A DNA stretch of 64,000 nt from Octopus vulgaris (GCA_951406725.2 OX597838.1:31744001-31808000), one strand, 5' to 3'. Positions 37,188 to 50,794 are shown, counted from the stretch's first letter. Made by a program: numbers and translations. Notes: generated from the sequence alone by a model not told the origin.

Positions 37188-37855
37188 AGAGTGGCAGAAA
37201 TGTTAGCAAAATGCTTAGTGGTATTTTGCCCATCGCTACTTTCTGAGTTTGAATTCCATCAAGGTCAGCTTTGTCTTTCATAGTTTTGGTGTCGATAAAT
37301 CAAGCACCAGTGAAACACTGGGGTCAATGAAATTGACTAGTCCCCTCTCCTCCCCCAAATTTCAGGCCTTGTGCCTTCAGAAGAAAGGATTATTATTAAG
37401 GTGGTGAGCTTGCAGAAATCGTTACCATGCTGGACAAAATGCTTAATGGCATTTTATCTGTCTCTATGTTCTGAGTTCAATTTTCACCGAGGTTAACTTT
37501 GCCTTTCATCCTTTTGGAGTTAATGAAATAAATACCTATTTCTTTATTACCCACAAGGGGCTAAACACAGAGCGGACAAACAAGGACAGACATAGGTATT
37601 AAGTCGATTACATCGACCCCAGTGCGTAACTGGTACTTAATTTATCGACCCCGAAAGGATGAAAGGCAAAGTCGACCTCGGTGGAATTTGAACTCACAAC
37701 GTAACGCAGACGAAATACCGCTAAGCATTTCGCCCGGCATGCTAACGTTTCTGCCAGCTCTCCGCCTTTACCAGTTGAGCACAGGGGTTGATGTGATCAA
37801 CTAGCTTCCCTCCCTGCAAAATTCAGGCCCTCTGCCTATAGTAGAAAAGATAATT
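37188..37855. mobile_element. SINE A cluster: two + copies, the second split by a young - copy (about 37534-37768)
   Basis: aaataaatacc...ttaccagttgagcac resumes after the inverted young copy. Confidence 0.8.
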
Positions 37856-38030
37856 ATTATTGTTAATAGCAAGGGGTGTAAGCACTTTTGAGTGACTGAA
37901 AGATCACTGCTTTATGAACGAAGATGCCTGAATGAAGTCACATATTCTATTGTCGCTCCTGCTATTGCAAAGGAAAATCTGTGTTAGGTTTGTTTGTTTT
38001 TTATTTTGGTGACTATGTACTGCAACTGGT

Positions 38031-38306
38031 CTCTATGGCAATCCCTCAAGGTCGAGGATGATGGTCTTTGTGCAAATTTATTGGTGAGTCTGCAGGTGAC
38101 TGATAAGACCAATTCTTGCTCGAAAAGATCGGTTACAGTGCGGACATCTAGTGCTGGAAGGGAGAGTCGCACGTGGTTGTTGTTCGTGCTCCTTCCATCG
38201 TCGTCTTTTCTCCTCCAGCTCTGCAGACCTTTTCGACTTGAAATTCGCCGTTCCCTCATGGATGGTGGTTTTCCAGAGTGGTCTGTTTTTTGCCGTTTCC
38301 TCCCAG
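38031..38306 (-). mobile_element. 5'-truncated RTE (BovB-like) LINE with C-terminal C2H2 finger and 14-bp TSD
   Basis: WEETAKNRPLWK..RCPHCNRSFRARIGLISHLQTH; TSD gtactgcaactggt at 38017-38030 and 38307-38320. Confidence 0.9.
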
Positions 38307-39338
38307 GTACTGCAACTGGTAGCTGACTGGGAGCTAGGAGTAGTGACACTACCGAGGAAGGATATGAACAAAGTAGAAGTAATAGATAACTTTATGCCCG
38401 TAAACTGCTAAACACAGTTAAAGATTTTGGCAAAGGTACTTGCAAAGAAGTTAGTACTTGTTATTGGTAGTGTACTGAGATGCATGAGGTTGTGTGATCC
38501 CTGGCAGATCTATGAGGACCTCCAACTTGTGCTGTGCATCTTAAAACAGGTCAAAAATAGGTGTGCTTTTAAAGGGACACTGATCAAGTTAGAACAGTTT
38601 GAAACTTTCCACAGAGCCAACCATTGCTGATTGATAGCTGTCTAAAGTTCAACTGGTTTTGGTCTCATCTTCCAAGGCTGGATCACAATAAAGGCCAAAC
38701 TAAATAGCCACCTATCAAAAGCTGGTTGTTTTGCATACTCAGTCCATCAAGTATATCTCATCTCCTCTCTTCTGTATGCTTTTGGTGTTGGAACCATTGC
38801 TGTAAAGATTGAAGACACCAAGAGCAATTCTGTTCAGATTAGAATCTGAGTTAGCTGGATTTGCATGTGTGAATAGTATCATTGTTATAGTGTTGGACAT
38901 ATTGAACATTAATGTGGTCAGTATCATACAAGAGAGGTAGGAGACAGTAATGAAAGCAGGCATTAACTAGGATAATAACAAGTGTACATGAGTCAGCTGA
39001 TTTTAGGGGTCAGTGAAGGACCAGATGAAGATGTAGTGAGATCTGATTTGGACCAGACCTCCAGGTGGAGAAAAACTGGGCAGTGGTTGTTAGTAATTTG
39101 GACAGTTTGGACAATAATGATAAAAACCATTTATTTTCTTTAAAACACAAGAGTGATAAATAAAGGGAATTACCAGAATAATTATAGGGGTTTTATGCAG
39201 ATCATAAAAAAAGGAAGTGAAGTGGAAAGCAAAAATATACAAAAAGTATGAAATGAAATATCCCAAAAGGACACAGCTCCCTAGAGTCATTCAAAGAACT
39301 CCATGGATCTAGGGATACTTTGATTATCAAGGGCACAT

Positions 39339-39533
39339 ACTCTTTTACTTGTTTCAGTCACTTGACTGCGGCCATGCTGGAGCACCGCCTTTAATCGAGC
39401 AACTCGATCCCGGGACTTATTCTTTTGTAAGCCCAGTACTTATTCTATCGGTCTCTTTTGCCGAACCGCTAAGTCACAGGGACATAAACACACCAGCATC
39501 GGTTGTCAAGCAATATTAGGGGGACAAACACAA

Positions 39534-39596
<63 letters not shown>

Positions 39597-39757
39597 TACG
39601 ACAGGCTTCTTTCAGTTTCCATCTACCAAATCCACTCACAAGGCATTGGTCGGCCTGGGGCTATAGCAGAAGACACTTGCCCAAGATGCCACGCAGTGAG
39701 ACTGAACCCGGAACCATGTGGTTGGTTAGCAAGCTACTTACCACACAGCCACTCCTG
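39339..39757 (-). mobile_element. SINE family B, full length
   Basis: As 4184-4588; inserted into an older repeat also present at 40900-41130. Confidence 0.9.
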
Positions 39758-39984
39758 TCAACTTTTATCTATTTTTTCTGGCTTAGAGGTACATACTAAA
39801 TCTCAGCCTGTTCCAGTGGACCATACTCACCAATCTCACTACCCTCAATTTGAACATGTTTTGGTAAATTCTCTAAAGAACAGTCAGTACTTCTCTTCCT
39901 ACCATCACTTTCCTTTCTAAATAAAACTTGAAAAAGTTGATGAGGACCTGGCCATAAAGGAAGATGTCTCTCTTCAATCCTTTC

Positions 39985-40024
<40 letters not shown>

Positions 40025-41557
40025 TTCCAGACAAAATTCTATAGATTCTGCTAATTTAATAAAACTCTTTCCTAGCAGTTAAAGAACACACAAAAGAGAT
40101 ATACTTACAAGGGGGGAAAAATCTAATAAATTTCAAAAGATATTTTTCTTGTTGCTGCTTTATTTGTTTGTTTGTTATAGTTGTTATGTTTTCTTCGACT
40201 CTGATCATAAGCAACAGAGGTTGGTGCCAATTATTTGAAATAGGTAAATAAATTGGTAATAAAGAAATAATAAAAAATCTTGTTAAAGACTGATATAAAT
40301 CATGTGCGTTTGTGTATATATTTGTGTGCGCGGCGCGTGTGTTTAATGTAGAATTAAGCATGGGATGTGAGTTAAACTTTTGAGAGCTGACTGTGAAATA
40401 ATCTATAACATGTGGTGAGGAAGGTAGGGAGGTGGTCTCTGTAGAAAAGGGAGTGTCTCCAACACTTGTATTGATTATCACAGCTTTTCTTCTTCTATTG
40501 AAATATAACTGTGTCTATTGCAATTAAATATCTATCTCCTCCATTTTAATTAATGATAAAGATTTCTAAGTTTAGTACAAAAGGTGGCATCATTTCTTCC
40601 AGTTCTTCACTAATTCTTATTTTATTGACCTCATGAAAGATGATCTTAGTAGGATTTGAGTTTCAGAATTCTACCAGCCAACCTGTCTGACACTTACCAC
40701 CCTGCTGGTTATTGCAATGATTTCTGCCACAGAAATGTGGCGGATGAGTATAGTCAATTGAATCAACTTCCAGTATATTACTAGTAGTTTTTTTTCTATA
40801 AGTTCTGGAAAACAGACCCTTTCAAAATTTGAATGTAAATAGATAATTCTGCTCTGACATGTTGGATGGTGCTGCTGCTTTTCACACAAACATAAAGCAT
40901 TAAATGAGACATCCCACAAGGGGCACAGCCACCCAAAGCCAGTCAAGAAACCTCACAGATCTAGGATTACTTTGACTATCATGGGCATATATCATCTTTT
41001 GCTTGTGTTTTTCTGGCTTAGAGGTGCATGCTAAGTCTAGGCCCATTTCCATGGGCCATTCTCACCAATCTCACTGCCCTTAAATATGCTTTTGTTTTGG
41101 TAATTGTATCAACTCACTACTTGTCCGGTCCATTATTTTCTCTAAGGGACAGTACTTCCTTTTCTAGTATCACCTTCTTTTATTCCACCTGATTGGCAAA
41201 AGTTACTGGCCAACACATTCCAACTTTTGACCCATAGATGCACTGTGTCTTTCTCTCTGGCTTTTATTACTGTTAACTCTAGTGACCTCTTCTCCTTGGA
41301 CCTAACTGATCTTGTGCCACCTCCACTAAAGTGCCTCTTCCACCCAGAATTCACTTGTCTCTCCTTCTCTTGCCACCTATATTATGTCCACACCCTCAGG
41401 TGTCCTAGTAATTGCTAGGACCATTCTTTCTTCCTCTGAACATCATTTGTAGAATCTCCCCCACCTTACCATTGTTTTTCCTACAATTTTACGACTCTTC
41501 AACATGCTGATCAAGAATGTTCTCCCCAGAGTGAAAGTTTTTTCCAGGTCACACCAT

Positions 41558-41954
41558 ACTCTCTCTACTCTCTATTTTACTCTTGTTTCAGTCATTTGAC
41601 TGCAGCCATGCTGGAGCACCACCTTTGATCGAGCAACTCGACCCCGGGACTTATTCTTTGTAAGCCCAGTACTTATTCTATCGGTCTCTTTTGCCAAACT
41701 GCTAAGTGACAGGGACGTAAACACACCAGCATCGGTTGTCAAGCAATACTAGGGGGACAAACACAGACACACAAACACACACGCACATATATATATATAT
41801 ACGACGGGCTTCTTTCAGTTTCCGTCTACCAAATCCACTCACAAGGCTTTGGTCGGCCCGAGGCTATAGTAGAAGACACTTGCCCAAGATGCCACACAGT
41901 GGGTCTGAACCCGGTTGGTAAGCAAGCTACTTACCACACAGCCACTCCTGCGCC
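41558..41954 (-). mobile_element. SINE family B, full length
   Basis: As 4184-4588. Confidence 0.9.
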
Positions 41955-42091
41955 CATTAATATTAATACAAATATATATTTAAAAAACTCCAGTTGAATA
42001 CTATAAAGGTTTTACAAGGACATTGTATAGTTTGTGGCAGTGTACCCCTTCCTCCCCTTCTGCCACTTCTTCCTCCTCATCATTGTCATCA

Positions 42092-42498
42092 TGCTGTATT
42101 TGACATTTGTTGACATGGTGAAAACCTCTGACAGGGTCTATTGCTCCATCATTTGGTGGTTGATATTGGATACTAAGGGTAACTGAATGGCTACTGAGCA
42201 CCATCCAAGCCATGTGCAGGAATGCTGTATGTGAGGTGAAAGTCAACAATGGGTATAGTAATGAATTTAGTGTGTAGGTAGGAGTGCTCTAAGGCTTGGT
42301 TTTCAGGCTCCTCTTGTTTATCATAGACCTTCAGGCTCCTCTTGTTTATCATAGACCTTCAGGCCATAACAGGAATTTAAAAACTAAGTTGCCCATGATA
42401 TTGTTCTTATAGTTGAATCTATAGTAGAATTAGAGAAGAAACTTTAGATGTGGAAGCAAGGACTAGAATCAAAGGGCCTTAAAGTTAATTTGCAAGCA
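42092..42498 (+). mobile_element. RTE LINE reverse-transcriptase core fragment (dead)
   Basis: LYLTFVDMVKTSDRV..IIWW / EWLLSTIQAM..EVKVNNGYSNEFSV*VGVL*G..LLFII / AHDIVLIVESIVELEKKL*MWKQGLESKGLKVN; stops, frameshifts and a 28-bp tandem duplication at about 42302-42362. Confidence 0.9.
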
Positions 42499-42900
42499 AC
42501 TTGTTGATTGAGATCTTTGGCATACGGATTATCAAGGTATGGTATATTTATGTATCTAATATAGAAGACAGAAAAGTGTTGCAGCATTGCTTACAAGCAT
42601 TGAATGCTGTAAAGTATTTAGCTTTTCAAAGTGGGAACATGTCTGTTGGAAACTGTATGACTTTTTTTTTTAAAGTAGGAACACGAAAGAAACTTTGAAA
42701 AGTGGCAAAGAGAAGTTAAGAATTTGGTTTGAGTGCTTTTTAGTTTCATTTGTAAATTCTGGTATTTCTACCTTACACACTCATACAGAGTTTTTGTTCC
42801 ACCCATTTACATAAATATTTAAGTCTGAGCAACAGAATCATCAATCTCACTTTGTGCAGGTCAGCAAAGGTCATTGGGGCTGCTGCCTTACCCTGTTTAA

Positions 42901-43121
42901 CCCTTTAGTGTTTGCATTATTCTGCCAAAATTAATCCTTTTTTATCCACATTGTTTTGAACTAATCATGCATTATGTTGTAGCTTTGAGATTTTGATGAG
43001 GTAACTGTTAACTTTTAAAATGATATTGTAGGGTTAGTGTGAGAGACCAGATCTGGTCAGTTTGAACATAAAACAGGCAGAGTACTTTTAGCCTGATATG
43101 GCCGGTTTAAAAGCTAAAGGG
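42901..43121 (-). mobile_element. piggyBac-type MITE, subfamily E2
   Basis: TTAA ccctttagtg ... ctaaaggg TTAA. Confidence 0.9.
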
Positions 43122-43361
43122 TTAAGAGAGAGAAACAGCAAAGCAGATAGCATATTTATGTTAGTAAGAATGAGGACATCACCTTCAGTTGTATTGAGTC
43201 AAAGCTTTAGTCAGATGTAAATGCGATAATGGAGATGTACTTGCATAGCAAGTGATTTGATCTGAGATCGTGTGCTGGAACGAAAACAATTGCAGCGTGG
43301 AAGGTGTTTGTAAGCCATTTAAGAAACACACAAAAGCTGTTCGATTTACTTCAACATTTAG

Positions 43362-43582
43362 CCCTTTAGTGTTCGCATTAGTCTGCCAAAATTAATGCCT
43401 TTTCATCCACATTGTTTTGAACTAATCATGCATTATCTTGTAGCTATGAGATTCTGATGAGGTAGCTGTTAATTTTTAAAACGATATTGTAGGGTTGGTG
43501 TGAGAGACCAGATCTGGCCAGTTTGAACATAAAACAGACAGAATACTTTTGGCCGGATATGGCCGGTTTGAATGCTAAAGGG
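43362..43582 (-). mobile_element. piggyBac-type MITE E2 nested at a TTAA in the fold-back element
   Basis: ttag ccctttagtg...ctaaaggg ttaa; the opposite arm preserves the empty site (caaattaaacttaaatgttg). Confidence 0.9.
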
Positions 43583-43592
43583 TTAAGTTTAA

Positions 43593-43643
43593 TTTGTCAA
43601 AATATTTTCGTCGCTTTAAGACCGCGACCTGTTCACTGACAAA
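43593..43643 (-). ncRNA. Minimal type-I hammerhead ribozyme, G3-C8 core variant
   Basis: UUUGUCA-GUGAACA-G-GUCGC-ggucuuaaa-GCGAC-GAAA-AUAU-UU-UGACAAA; mirror copy lacking the 5' strand of stem I at 43654-43697 (+) has stem II GUCAC/GUGAC. Confidence 0.75.
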
Positions 43644-44712
43644 AATCCGTGCTGTGAACAGGTCACGGTGTTAAAGTGACGAAAATATTTTGACAAATTA
43701 AACTTAAATGTTGAAGTGAATCGAACGGCTTTTGTGTGTTTCTTAAATGGTTTACAAACACCTTCCACGCTGCAATTGTGAATGCGATAATGTTTATGTA
43801 AACTGTATTTAATAGATGCTTATCTCTGGCCCCTTAAGTTACAATGGTTAACAACTCCTTCCTAAAGATATCCACCTGTAATATTATAACAAGCAGGTAA
43901 GCAGGTGAGTGGCAGTAGGTTAAGCTATATTGATTAGTTGCCCCCCATCCCAGTGTATTTACTGCCTTCAGCAGTACATTTGGCATAAAACACTTCTTTA
44001 TGGAAAGTTTGGGTTTCTGCTCGTTATTGGACAAGTTGTATGTACTTTGGGTGTGTTGGAATGTACTTGTGTGAGTTTGTGTCAAAATATTTGTGCATGC
44101 AATGCACGCACAACCTAATGCACACACGACCTAATGCACACACACACACAGAGGTATACACACATGCGCACACATATATATATAACTGAGTGTAGTTAGC
44201 TAATGTCAACCACACAAAACCTTTAAGTATGAAGAAATAATCCAGTTTACTGCCATGAAATTATGTTTGTATTTATGTAAGTCTATATGTAAGTGTATTT
44301 ATATATATATATATATATATATATACATGCACATACATTCATATGTATATATAATATTTTGTGAGTAATACATAAATTTAATATCTAGATACATGTGTGT
44401 GTATGTGTGTAAATAATTATATTTAAAAAAGAAAAAAGGACAATATGAAAAAGCCAGCAATATGTTTCCATTAACTTCATTGGTTTATTTGCAGCATTAT
44501 GGTGCCATTCTTGGGAATTTACAAAATAATCTCCTCAAAGACAGAACATTTGTCGAGCAGTTTTTATTTTAAGCTCTCTCAGCCAAATCAATAATATTTC
44601 CTGGCTTTCTTTATTGGATTTCTTTTAACACGAAATTGAATGCAAAAGATTGCGTCCCTATCGGAATATCTGACAAAAGTTCTGCTGCTTAGCTGATTTA
44701 TAAGATGTTGGC

Positions 44713-45025
44713 GTGGTTGTGGTGGTGGTGGTGGTGGTGGTTGTAGTGGTTATTGTTGGTAGTGGTTGTAGTGGTTGATGCTGTAGTCACTGTAGTGGTT
44801 ATTGCTGTTGTGATGTTGTTGTTGTTGGTGGTGGTTGTTGTAATGTTTGATGTTGTTGCTGTGGTGGTTGATGTTGTTTGATGTTGTGATGGCTGTAATA
44901 TTTGATGTTGTGGTTGATGTTGTCGCTGTTGTGATGGTGGTTAATGTTGTAGTTTCTATCATTACTGAGGTGGTTGGTGTTGTAGTTGTTGCTAATGTTG
45001 GTGTGTTAGTTGTTGTGGTTGCCAC
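44713..45025. repeat. Degenerate (GTT/GGT/GAT)n trinucleotide region
   Basis: Direct reading. Confidence 0.85.
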
Positions 45026-45799
45026 AGTTGAAGGAGAAGGAGAAATGAAAATTTAGATATTTTATTTTATTTTTTCGACATGACTTAGTAAGAAGAGAAA
45101 GGACAACATCCATGGATCTTTGAGACTAAGTGAATTGGGAAACAGGGAGAAAGAGATGTTAGATTCCTGGGTGTATTCCGTAGGAAGCAGTACATGAAGG
45201 CATTGACTTATCATTGGTCTATTTTGCTACAGATGCTCGAAGCAAAATTGATTCTATAAAAGATAGTCATATTCCAGGTGGAGCATCTGAAAGTGAGCAA
45301 TTGACTAGATTTATCGTCAAACAACAGGTGCAGTCTTTTAGATTGGCTTCCTAACAGTTTCCATCTACTAGATTTCAATCACAAAATTTGAGCCAACCTC
45401 CTGAAGCTATGGGAGAAGGTAATCATTTAAGGTGCTGTGCCATGAGGAATTACTGGTATCGAATGCAGAATAACATAAAGCAAACATCTTTATTGCACAG
45501 CCATGCCACAAAGGAATGTTGGAGATTGGTAGAATGCATTCTTTTCAACAATGGTCTTACAACTGGTGCCATGCAATCTGTAAGTTATTCATTGGATATG
45601 CCCTCCACAGTAGTGTACAAGGTATGGCAGTCTTCCATGTGGTCTGATATGCAGTGAATGTTAGTGTGCTATGTATAGAGGTGTGTCGTGAATGCTGGTG
45701 TGCCAGAAACAGCAGTGTGCCATCAATGTGTCACAAGAACTGATAGAACATAACACGAAAAGCTGAACATATTTGAAGCTGATGTTGTGCAGGCAGGTG

Positions 45800-45980
45800 G
45801 TTGTTGTTTAATTCCCCACCCCCCACTGTAGTCAGCCCTTATCCAGTAAACCTATCATCAAAGACATTCCAGTTGTGACCATCATGTCTTGTTGTTGTTT
45901 AATTCTCCACCTCCACTGTAGTCAGCCCTTATCCAGTAAACCTATCATCAAAGTCATTCCAGTTGTGACCATCATGTCTT
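45800..45980. repeat. 90-bp tandem duplication in a family H SINE tail
   Basis: atccagtaaacctatcatc at 45841 and 45931. Confidence 0.9.
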
Positions 45981-46476
45981 TTTTGGGGAGTATGTAAGAC
46001 TACATCCTCACTTAAAGCATGGGTTGACGGACATTTGGCTGCTATCTCTAGCGAATCAAGTGACCATATAGAGACTCCCCTCATTGATTTCATCCCTTGT
46101 AGATATGAATAGAGAAAATAACTGGGGCTGTTCTAAAGGAAATAAGGTTGTCATATAATGTTTTATTGGTCCTGCTGTCAACTGGTGAGTGTTTTTGAAG
46201 TTGATACAGGTGTGCAGCTGATTACACAAACACACACACACAATCACACACACATAGATATATGCAGAGAGAGGAGGAAGGTTGCTTGGGTAAGAGATAG
46301 AAAGGGACATAGGCCAAGGGACAGATGGATAAGTCAGATAGACAGAGAAGTGGATTGATAGACAGATGGGGTGGGGGGTTCCTTTTTCGTAAGTGCATAA
46401 GCTTGAGAGGAGTTTAAGAATAAATACAAATCCCTCACTCTATAGGAAGATATACATGGTCAGATACTGTTTCTTC

Positions 46477-46521
<45 letters not shown>

Positions 46522-46887
46522 GCACACACATGCTCCTCTTCACCACCACCACCACCTCCTCTGCTGCTGCCGCTGCCGCTGCTGTTTGTACCTGAATTCA
46601 ATTGCTGGCAACAAAATATTCCACTCCCCTTGTTATCTTGATCTATTTAGTCTGTTTCAATCTTTATTAATCACACACACACACACACTAACACTAACAC
46701 ACGCACACACACACACACATATCCAGGCACGCACATTTCAAGATTGGCTGACGCGTGTGCACACAACATGCTGCTCTCACACGTGCAAAGTGTCGCACTT
46801 CTAACACACTTGTGCAGTGTCGTGCACACGAACATACAGGGTGCATTATTACTCCTAAAGCACATACCGCACACGTACATGTGTCTA

Positions 46888-47238
46888 TACACACACACAC
46901 ACACACACACACATACGCATATGTGTGCATACTAACAGAACCACATGTGTACACACACATGTATGCATACAAAAGACACACACACACACACACATACGCA
47001 TATGTGTGCATACTAACAGAACCACATGTGTACACACACATGTATGCATACAAAAGACACACACACACACACACATACGCATATGTGTGCATACTAACAG
47101 AACCACATGTGTACACACACATGTATGCATACAAAAGACACACACACACACACACATACGCATATGTGTGCATACTAACAGAACCACATGTGTACACACA
47201 TATGTATGCATACAAAAGACACACACACACACACACAC
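46888..47238. repeat. 81-bp minisatellite, about four near-identical copies
   Basis: actaacagaacc at 46931, 47012, 47093 and 47174. Confidence 0.95.
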
Positions 47239-47525
47239 AACCACATGTTCACAGAGAAACATTCACACACACACAGTTGGCATAGCTTGTCACATGTTCA
47301 TGTAAAAACAACACACACACACACACAACACACACATGCACATACACACACACAGTCTTAAGGTAACTTGCTAGGTCGCACACACGTACACATAACTGAA
47401 CATTTGTGCCATAACACTCACACACACTCAGGGTTCCTTATGTTTATCAAATCTCACTGCTACGTACACAGGGTAGTTATGTCCACCCAGCCATTCGCAT
47501 AGTCACCCAGATTGATGTACAGCTG

Positions 47526-47558
<33 letters not shown>

Positions 47559-49849
47559 GTCACTGCACACAGACAAACATATTTTACATAAACACATCAC
47601 AAAGTTGTCTAAATACACACCATCACATCCACACACATTCTTACGTACACACATACTCTGCTATCACATGCGCAATACTGTCCTATATATACACATACAC
47701 ACACACACACACACTTGTACTTGGTAGTTGAAACAAGGGCTATGGCCCGAGTACTCTTTTCTTGACCCCATGCATGCATTAACACACACACACTCACATT
47801 CACACACACACACACACACACACACAGTTAACGAGGGACCGTCTTCACAGTCATCCAATATGCTAGAAATAGCAACCAAATCTTTCTCAATTCACATGCT
47901 AACGTCTAAAATAAAGGAAGGACAACAGATAGTGACACACCCCTAAAAAAAGATTTGTCTCAGCTAGAATCTCTTTGACCAGAGGCATACTGGATCAGAG
48001 TCAACCTGGGGTTAAACAACACCAATGTAGAAGGAGAGATCAGTGGTCATTCCTTTTCAGAAGTGACCACCGCACATTTCACATTGTCATCACTTCATTA
48101 GATCTCATTGTTTCTAATATCTCCATTTGTTCTCCTTTCATCAGACATTTTTGCTTTATACCTTACCCCCCTCCCCCTCCTCCTCCCTCCCTCCCTCCCT
48201 CCTCGTCATGTATTCCCCTCCCTCACTGTTACAGTCTCTCTCTCTCTCTCTTTATCTTCCTTGTTCTCTCCCTCCTCCCTCCCTCCTTCCTTTCCCTTCT
48301 CCTCCCCTACTTGTTCTCTCTCTCTTTCTTTCTATTATATAACCTTACCAGTCACCACACCTCCCTACTCATTGCATCACTTCTCTCTCTCTCTCTGTCC
48401 CCCTCTCTCTCTCTCTGTCCCCCTCTCTCTCTCTCTGTTCCTCTACTCTCTCTCTCTGTTCCTCTACTCTCTCTCTCTCTCCCTCTTTCTCTCAAATGTT
48501 TTTACTTTTCATTTATCCTTGATCCTCGTTTTATACATTCCACACACACATACACACACACACACACACACACTTGCAAGCAAGCATGTGCGCGCACTCA
48601 CACACACACAGACACAGACACACACACACCACCACCACCACCACCATCACCACCGCCACCCTTGTTTCGTTGTCACAATGGTGATCGACCCTTCATTTCT
48701 TGTGCTTTCTTCATTCTGATTTCTGTCATATTTTTGTATCAGTCTTCTTTTTTATTTTTCTGTTATAATCTCTACTACCATCACACTTTCTATAAACCAC
48801 CAGCGCCGTTCTTTTAGCAACGACCACCATCACCACCACCATCACCACCACCATCACCATCACCATCATCACTGCCATACTCATACAAACGTTATCAGCA
48901 TCATCATCATCATCATCACTCTCCTCCCCCTTCTACGACCATCACCATCACCGTCATCATTATTATTGTAAGTATTGATCACTGTCAAGAGAGCAATGTC
49001 GTAGCTGTCAGTGATCGGTTGGTGATGGTGGAGAGAGAGGAAGAGGCCACCGTTGGCCTTCTCCACATATTGACTATACTATCTCTCTCTCTCTTTCTCT
49101 CTCTCTTTTCCTCCTCCTTCACCCCCTACTCTCTCATGTAGACGTACAATCTCATCAGCTCTTTCTCTTCCTTACCTCTCGTATCCCTATTTATCCTTTC
49201 CCTCCTACATTTTCTTTTACATTTTCCCCCTCCCATCCCTGCCTTTCACTTCTTGCTCTCTCCCTCCTTCCCTCTCTCTCTCTCTCTCTCTCTCTCTTTG
49301 TGTGTCACTTCACCTCCCGCCATCTCTCACACCCCCTTCCTCCCTTCTTACTGCAACCTTTCACTGCCGTAACTTATTGATCATCTACATCTCCTTTCCT
49401 CCCTCCCTCCCCCCTCTCTCTCTCCCTCTCCTTCCTACCCTCACATTGTCTCTCTATCTGCTTCACTCATTCTACCTACTTCTCTGTTCTTTTCACTCTC
49501 ATCCCTCTCACCTCTCCCTCCTCACACCCCTACTCCTTTTTACTCATTCCTTCTCACCTTCTTCCTTACTCTTTCTTAAAACTTCCATTTTCCTCTCTGC
49601 TCCCCACCCCCCTTACTACCTACAAACCTTTCTCTTTTTCCTTCTTCAGATTCTCTTTTCTCTTCCTTTTCTAATCCTCCTCCTCTCCCTTTCCTACTTC
49701 TCCTTTTTCCTCTTATTCTCTTCCCTCTCTTTCCCACTTTTTCCTTTTCCCCACTTACTCTCCCCACTCCTTTCATCCCTCCCTGTTTCCATTCTCTCTC
49801 TTCCTCTCACCTTATCCCCGCCTCTGTATATCTCTCTTCCTATCACCAG

Positions 49850-50175
<326 letters not shown>

Positions 50176-50794
50176 ATTATCTAATCTACTCCACTTTCAT
50201 CTGCTTCTTTCAAATATTGCCATCTTTATAAATATTTCTCATTTCTGTCTTTTCTGACATTTCTCTTCATAGTTTCACTTCCACTCTGTGTGTGTGTGTG
50301 TGTGTGTGTCTCCTTACCTCCTACCACCTCACCTCATTACTATACCATCTCTCTCTCTATCTTTTAGTCTATTTTCTTTTACCTATTCTTATTTATCAGA
50401 TCCCCACCCCCCACCATCACTGTCTTCCTCTAATGGTTACTTCTGTGCAATCCCTCACCAGTCCATACACACGTGTGCACATATCCACCAGAACAAATAC
50501 ACCTGTACAGAAACACACACACACTGATCCATCACTTTATCCACAGAAACTCGTATACAGATCCAACTTTTATCCACACATATATACCAATATAACCCCC
50601 CCCCGCATCATACTCACACAGGGATTCATGACATTATCCTTTACATATTCATTCAGATTCTTCATCTTATCATTGTGTGTGTCTGTGTGTGTGTGGTGCA
50701 CCTTTCACTGAGTTTTCACGCTCAGGCGTCCCTGAGTTAATTGTGAAGTGGTTCTGATGAATTTGATTCGAGAGGTCACTTCTGGTTTATCTTT

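Larger units (their letters stand above)
43231..43779. mobile_element. Fold-back retroelement (Penelope-like inverted pseudo-LTR), copy 2, interrupted by MITE E2
   Basis: Long inverted arms; TSD tgt(a/g)aatgcgataatg at 43216-43231 and 43777-43792; hammerhead cores on both strands. Confidence 0.8.

Noticed and set aside
38740-39090. Possible CR1 RT remnant on the minus strand
   Set aside because: Only vague resemblance (NSDSNLNRI..N..NTK); no intact YADD; too weak to call.
40185-40235. Stem ctctg/cagag next to a GAA motif on the minus strand
   Set aside because: No CUGANGA-like core in the right position.
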